Source: Paraspadella gotoi | Taxonomy: Eukaryota; Animalia; Chaetognatha | Direction of reading: 5' to 3' | DNA: 64,000 nt | Assembly: GCA_051294375.1 (NCBI GenBank) | Contig: CM119270.1 | Span: 18,335,267 to 18,399,266 of the forward strand | In this document: one piece after another, positions 57,201 through 64,000 of the stretch | How positions within the stretch are numbered: position 1 is the first letter of the stretch | Layout of the letters: the number at the start of each line of letters is the position of its first letter | Made by a program: the position numbers and the translations under genes | The notes under the pieces: model-generated | The model's database searches: none | Seen by the model: only the letters and a program-made list of their open reading frames with translations | Told to the model about the DNA's origin: nothing

Positions 57201-60200
57201 CGTTGGACGACATTCGCGCGTCGATCTTCGGTTTCCCCGCGCGCGATTCAGGGTTAAGGAGAAGGGTGAGTTCGAAATTCTCCAGGGACGCGACGCATAC
57301 GTAATCCTCGCGTAGGTTGAGTGGGAGAGGGTAAGGGACGTTGCGGTCGCTGACGAGAACGCAAGCCTCGTCGACGATGAAGCGGAGAAGGCTCGAGTCG
57401 CATTCATAGACAAGGTTGGAGGAGATGCTGAGTGGAGAAAGAGTTATAAACATGAAATACATATTAACTTTCTAGAATACATGAGTTAAACAAAAGCATT
57501 TCAAATGGTATTTAACGCTGTAAGTTAAAGCAAGACCGCCTTTACTCACCTCATCTGTTCCACCGTCATCACAGCGGCGTAGGGTATGTGCAACGGCCTG
57601 TAATCGACGGCGGAAGAACAAACATGGAGATGCAGTTCGGTGACGACGGCCGGAGGGTCGAAACCTTCCACGGGATAATCGATGACGCCGACAAAGTCCA
57701 GCAGCTTCTCCAACGGCGAACGACCCGGCGGATGCAGCGTCACCCTCAGCGTCAGTCCCGCAGCGCAAACGGACACCACGTGAGTGTTGATATTTCGCCG
57801 AGCCTCTGGCGTTGACCTCACGGCCAGCGTGAGGACGTCCCGGCTGTCAGGCCCGTTTCCGACCTGATCCGCCAGCTTGGTCGGTACGTTGGAGCCAGAA
57901 GTGAAGGCCGTCTTAAAGAATTCGGGTGGCAGCGGAGTAAAGGGCCTGAGTAGGGCGTCGGAGGCAGCGCCGAGGGAATGGCTCGTCAAAGAAGACTCGC
58001 GATCTTCGGCGAAGTAGAGTGCGAGATAATTGGCTTGGAGGCAGGTGTACTGAAGGTCGGGGTCACCGCGAAAGGAGGCAACGACGAAGAGATCGAGCGT
58101 CTTGACGTCGAGAACGAGTTCAGAATGATTGGGCTGTTGTCGTTGTTCGTCGAGGGGCTTTTCCTCTTCACGGTGAGAGGTGAGGCAGGCCAAGAGTCGC
58201 GTCTGATCTACGGTGAGTTTGAAGGCAAATTTACTAAATCCCGAGCGGCGGTTCTTGGGCATTTTCCTTCGTCCCAAAGACCGAGGTTCGAAGGTCGAAT
58301 AAAAGGCAGTATCGTCGTCGTCGTCGCTGTCGAAGTCGCCGTGGACCATCGGCCTGCTCATTTGAAATGCGCCACCGCCCGCCCCTGCCCACGAATAAGG
58401 CGGGTGGGGCGGCTGAGTAGGTTCCGAGGGTGGCGCGGCGGGGCTCCACAGGGGCAAGTCCAGGCACAAACGGTTGTAAATGATTTCGAGAAAATGTTTC
58501 GAGGGTAAGTGAAGGGAGAGGACGGGGACAGTGATCTCGACGACCAATTCCGACTTTTGGATGGAGGAGTTGACGAAGGCGATGATCTCCGATTTGGATC
58601 CCGGCATCACCATCTCTTCGTCCTCGTACATCACCTTGAATAAAATAATGAAATTTTAAAATATTTAATTCGAATTTATTAAAGTTTAATATTAACGATA
58701 ATAAGTAAGAATGAGAATCAGTCCCCCTCCCCACCTTTTTGTCTGAAAATGGCGAAGGTTCCTTCCGCTCGTCGGCCAAGATGGCGTCGTCGTCGTCGTC
58801 TTCGCCTTCGAATTCTTCAAGGAGGTCTTCGTCGTCGACGTCGCAAGGAGATCGAGGATGAACGACGATCTTGATCCTCACGGGGACGACGGGGCATGCC
58901 GGATCGTCCTCTATCCTCCTGCGGTAAAAATATAATACATAAATAGTATAAATAATTAATTAATAGATAACCTAAATTATTTACGTTTTATTCGGCCACG
59001 ACCACATCCCCATCGACAACATCGGTACGGCCTCCTCTCCCTCGTCCATTTGTAGGCTGCCCCGCAGCTCCTCCCACTCCACGTGGAGCACGGTCCTGAC
59101 GTCGCCATCGGCGAAGGAGGCGTCGGCGCGCAGACCCCTCGCCTCGAGATGGAGACGTTCGGGCCGCAGCGTTCGTCGCCACCAAGGTGCGCGGCCGGGA
59201 TCGTTGAGAGGGCGCCGATCGGGCACGGGAAAACGGAATTCGATGTCGAGGCGGGAAGAAGGGAGAGTCTCGAAACGGAAGGACGTTTCCGAAGAGACTT
59301 CGTTCTGTTCGCGGAAGAAGGGGAAAACCATTTCATGTTCAAACTGGAAACGATCCAAATCACGTTGCAGATTTTGCCCGTTTGGTAAGTGAACCCGACT
59401 GACCCGACTGACCTGACTGGCAGACAAAAACGCGGAGGTCGAGTTGGAGTAGGGCTGAAACTCTCGTTCTCTCCGTCGACGAGCCGATCGAGAAGATAAG
59501 CCGTTCAAGACTCTGTGGAGTCGATCGATCAACGTTGGATCGATCTGTGCAGGGGTAATAATGTACATTTTTACAACTATTGTATTATTTTTCTGTTATG
59601 TAAATTCATGCTGTCCAGTATTTTTAAATTAAGTAAATTAAATCGATCAAGACACCAAGTGTAACCTGCAAGCGGCAGGGATGACCCAATTCGACGACGA
59701 CGTCGAGATGTTCGAAGCTGCGACCGGGATGTTGAGGCGATTCGTTGTGGACGAGGACGAGGCGGAGGGCGAGGGCGGGAGAGAGAGGATTGGAAGAGAC
59801 GAAGGGAGAATCGGGCGATGGCTGAGCGGGAGACGGAGGCGGGGAGAAGGCGAGAAGAGGAAGGAAGAGAGGCGGAGTTCTACCCGAGGCGGATGGAGAA
59901 GAGCGTCGCTCGTCGAACAGACACTCGACGACCTCCAACGACCCTAGCGCCGCGTCGAGATGGCGAGAGGAGACGCCAGACTTGGGGGAAGATTTTTCAG
60001 TCGTCGAGAGATTGAAGGGTTTGACGAGGAAACGGAGGTGATCACCGCCAGCGGGCGAGGCGGCGCAGGCCGAGATGGCGGGGCCGATATCGTCCGAACC
60101 AGAGCAATTGATGGCGAGGGCTTTTTCGAAATACCTCTCGGCCATTTGCGTCAATCGCTCCGCCAACGGGAGAGACGATGGAATCGCCGGCGTCTCGTGC

Positions 60201-62509
60201 GTCAAGACTCCGGCGACGATGGAAACGCGGATACGCATCAGCGTCGCGTCCGAGGCGGCGTTACTTTTGGCGAGGTTGGCTTCACGATCACGCTTAGAAG
60301 CGGAACCGGATTTGGAGCGATCAGAGCTGGCGTACGTCGGCGACGCCGCGGAAGATGGCGTCGACGACGTAGCGCCGCTGACGCCGCTGCAAATCGAATT
60401 GGTTATTTCCGTCGAGGAAATGGAGGGCGCGTTGCCGGGAAAACGACGCCGGCCTTGTCTTCCGTGGAGAGAGTAAAAGTCGTCGGAATCATCGTCCAAG
60501 TTCAGCGAAAGTGTCAGGTCTTCCTCACCAATGCCCAGCGGCCGCTGCATCATAGCCTGCTGGTGTTGTTTGTGCAGCGCCATGCGCTCCTGATGCAGCT
60601 GTCGTTGCAGCTCGTGCTCGACCTTGCAGCGGTCACGACGGCGGCGGTGGTGGCGGTGGCGGCTTCGGGTGGAGGCAGAGGCTGAATCGGCGAGGCGGGC
60701 GGAGAAGTCGGCGAGGAGAAGAATTTGATGGGGAGTGGCGAAGAAGTGGACGGCGCCCAACTGAAGATCAGAAGGTAATCACAGTTTATTCATTTTTGAA
60801 GTTACAAACAAAGAGTAGGTATTAGGTAATGATTAGTAATGATTCTCCCAAACCTTTTTAAACCGTTTATTTTTCAGTTAATGTGTCCAAAATAAGTAAT
60901 TTGATCTGAACTAATCAAATATAAAACTAGCTGTGCAAACCAAGTTTTTTTTTTCTCTCGGGGAAACGGCTAGGTAAACGAGGTTCCAAATGGAGAAGAG
61001 AATAACTACATGTACATGTTACACTCAGACTATATCAGTAAAGTACAAACTTTTTTCAGTCACCACACCTGGCAATCGATCTGTAAAGCGACTCCGGGAA
61101 GATTCTCTTTCTGCTTCATCTTGACCGAGACGGTGGTTTGACCCGCGACGGCCATGATCAATATTGGTGCAGAAATGGGCGAAGTCTCCTCGCCGGAGGA
61201 GCAGGGCTTGAACCCAGACTCAGTCGCCGACTGGAAGATTTCGTCTTCGCTGTCTCCCGAAGTGCCCGACGCCTGGAGGCTCGAGCCGGCCGACGATTTG
61301 TAGTCGTCCACGTAAAGTTTGACGCCGTCTGGAGGAGAAAAAAAAAGGAACATGAGATGGAGCGGAAAAGAAAAGTAAGATAAAGAGGAAGATACTAAGT
61401 AGGAAGAAAAGAGAAAAAAGATTTCCGAATTTAAAACAATATTGAAAGAAATTAACAAGATCTTCACAACGCTCACCGCAGGTCACGATCTTGGTCAAAA
61501 AAGCCGGAGGCTCCCAGTAGGAAGTCGACTCGGCATTGGCGATCTCGTCGTAGAACTCGAGATGTTGCACGTGGAGTTCGAGGGCCTTCCCGCCGGCGTT
61601 GGGGTCGTCGTCGTCGTCGGGCGTCTCGAGACGGACGATGGTGTCGATGAGAGAGACGCGGATGCGGCAGAGGATCGACTCGATCGTCTGGGCGAAGGAG
61701 TCGAGGCCTTCGAATCCGCTCGACTTGGATTCCGACGACGACGACGACCGTTGATATTGTTGTTTTTGTTCCTGGGGGGGGGGGAAGAAATTTAAATTAA
61801 TTTTGGTTTTCAAAATAAAAAAACTTATTTTATTAAGTAGTTTCTAACAATTTTACCGTAACTCATTTATTTATTATAGTCGGTATACGTATATCTCAAA
61901 TACGTCCCGATGTATCGAACCTGATGCTGAATTTCCTGAGCGATCTGCAGACTCACGGCCATGGCCGAGTGGGACGACGACCAGAGCGAGGACTCCGAGA
62001 GCCACGAGGTGGCGTGAGACTCGGCTCCTCGGGCGCGAACCGTCATCTCCAAGTTGCGGATCTCGACCTGGTTCGTTGACAAATTCAAAATTTCAAATAA
62101 ACCTCATAGTTCGATTAATCTTTGAATCATACTAAACTAGGTTTTATTCTACCAATTATATAAAGATGTTTAAAAATTTAAAGGAAGCCTCCCTAGCCCG
62201 ACAATAACATATTCGGTTCAATTGTCCTCTCAACCAATGACACGCCAATGACCCAGCCCCATCGCCCGAGCCTCTCATTTGTCCAAACCAAGGGGGGCCA
62301 GCTCACTTTGAGCTCTTTCTTAATTCTTAATTTCTAACTTTATTAACAATTCTTTACACTAAATGTATCTTCTCACTTTCACATTTCATTTTCACCTTCA
62401 CTTATTTATTTATTAAATAGTTAATTGTTAATAACAGTTTAAAAACTTTATTTGTTGTACATTTGAAATGTAATATTATTTTCTCTCTCCCTGTCTCTCT
62501 CTCTCTCCC

Positions 62510-62571
<62 letters not shown>

Positions 62572-63055
62572 TTCACACAAAAAACTGTACAAATTTTCAC
62601 AAATCATTGACGCTGAAGAAGGCTTGCATCCAAAGCCGAAACATGTACGTTTTCTATGATAAAATAAAATTCGTTGTGAAACAAAAATCATTTTGCCCAA
62701 ATACATACAACAACGAAAAAGAAAGGTTATTACTACTACTAAAAATTTAAACATAAAAGACACTTCCCCTTACCGTGGTGTTGTTCTCCATTAATGAACT
62801 CCATGGGATAACGATGACTATCTCCCCGACGAACCCGTCCACCAACTCGAGCGGCGACTTGAGACTCTTCAACGTCTCGTTGACGGAATCGATATCCAGC
62901 TGAACGTCCTTGATCTCCCCGCGCCCATCGTAGATGTCCAGACTCAGCTGGTCCAGCGTCAGCTTCTCTTTTAAGAAGTGACCCATGTAGTGTTGAAGGA
63001 TGTAGCGACAGGCGCGCTTCTTGATCGATTCCGACCAAGGAAAGTACCAAGGCAT
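54280..63055 (-). CDS. ATG2: Autophagy-related protein 2 (ATG2A/B), multi-exon
   Basis: Chorein N-terminus MPWYFPWSESIKKRACRYILQHYMGHFLKEKLTLDQLSLD; AVDYRPLH; NIDQDTLFFLKDFF; IHIDYHGR; C-terminal PIDQYRRDGRII..GAVGGVLRQIPP. Confidence 0.96.
62609..62651 (+). ncRNA. Minimal type I hammerhead ribozyme (GUA site) in a Penelope-like remnant, ATG2 intron 1
   Basis: GACG-CTGAAGA-A-GGCTT-GCATCCA-AAGCC-GAAA-CATG-TA-CGTT; preceded by (CT)n and followed by AATAAAATTCGTTGT, as for the 26029 copy. Confidence 0.85.
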
Positions 63056-64000
63056 TTTTTTAGGTTTTTGGTTGTTTTTTTTTATATTATCGATAATGTA
63101 TTGTTTAGTATTTCCAGTGTTTTTTCAGGAATTGACGCGGGATGGTATTTCGGTTGAGCAGGGTTTTTCTTTTAAACTTCTTTTTTATCTTGAGCTTGAT
63201 TGTTTTTTGTCCAATTTTTCCTCATTTTTTCTTTCGTCGCCTCCCGTCAACGGCTCCGTCTCGCGTGATCATAGTTACCCCGTCGTCGAGCTTTATAAAT
63301 TTATTGCCACTAAACGAAATATAATGCTTGGTAAATAGAACAACGATGTAAACGAACAAGCGAACGAGCGGTATATAATACTTTTACAACCATTTATTTA
63401 TGCGTCTTGGATAAAGATTCTTGTTCGAGAGCTTTTTTGACTAGATATACGCACATAATTCGAACGAATGTATCGATTAAACTTACTACCGCGCATTATA
63501 AAAGCGTATCTATATAGTAAATTTAATACAAAATTAATTTGTTCATTTTCCCTTGGAAAATTTTCCCCGGAAAAGTAAGTAATAAATAAAAATAATTTTC
63601 CCCGGCTCGACAAAAACACCGAACGGACCATGAAGGTCTTTCCCAAATAATTAATAATTTCCCCAAATACTTAATTTTTCAAAGAGTGACGGTCACTGTA
63701 AAATGTGAAAAGCTACAAGGAGAGGTCTACAAAGCGCGATGAAAAGCTTAAGAAACTTTCCAAGTAATTACCTCCGCCACTAATGTCACCGCTATCACAA
63801 CACTATCACAGATCAAAACTCGCCACGAGTTCCGAGAATGGACTCACGTCCCTTCTCTCGGCGAAAGCGCGTTGAAAGGCGTCCTTGTCTGCCGGCGCCA
63901 GGCCAGAGTGAAAGCTCAGCGCCGAAACGACGAAAAGTCGCTTGTCCACGGCTTCGCCGAGACCCATTCGATCAACGACGAAGGGAAAAAGGCGCCGCGT

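Noticed and set aside
59960-60685. Long + strand ORFs overlapping minus-strand exons (also 11109-11771, 31814-32494, 48683-49408)
   Set aside because: Antisense shadows of GC-rich coding exons, with no independent motifs.
63700-64000. Possible terminal exon(s) of another minus-strand gene
   Set aside because: GC-rich open frame with a GTGAGT donor near 63847, but too little sequence to identify a product.

Overview
Gene-dense, intron-rich eukaryotic DNA, very probably from an invertebrate animal: GC-rich exons with short AT-rich GT-AG introns. The organism cannot be named from the sequence alone. The window opens with a five-tRNA cluster (Asp, intron-containing Tyr, Glu, Leu, Asn) and the 3' part of a divergent GPCR-like gene on +. 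Eleven consecutive minus-strand genes follow: STX7/12, GRDP-like, SEC62, TMEM248, OSBPL9/10/11-like, DDI1/2, a securin candidate, INPP4, TBC1D16, PGD and ATG2. An ARMH2-like gene is nested on + inside an INPP4 intron. The most notable non-coding signal is a set of five dispersed ~200-255 nt elements (two sequence families; one copy is a 124 nt truncation). They share Pol III A/B-box-like motifs, a terminal closing stem and a circularly permuted (type P5) twister ribozyme with a tiny palindromic P1. Intact copies are all antisense to their host genes, whereas the two sense copies are degenerate or truncated. Three minimal type I hammerhead ribozymes of the Penelope-like kind are also present. 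Two of them form an inverted pair interrupted by a CRE-type (PHD-RT-RLE) non-LTR retrotransposon that carries an intronless NDUFS2 fragment inside its target-site duplication. All exon boundaries and RNA folds were derived by eye and were not computed.
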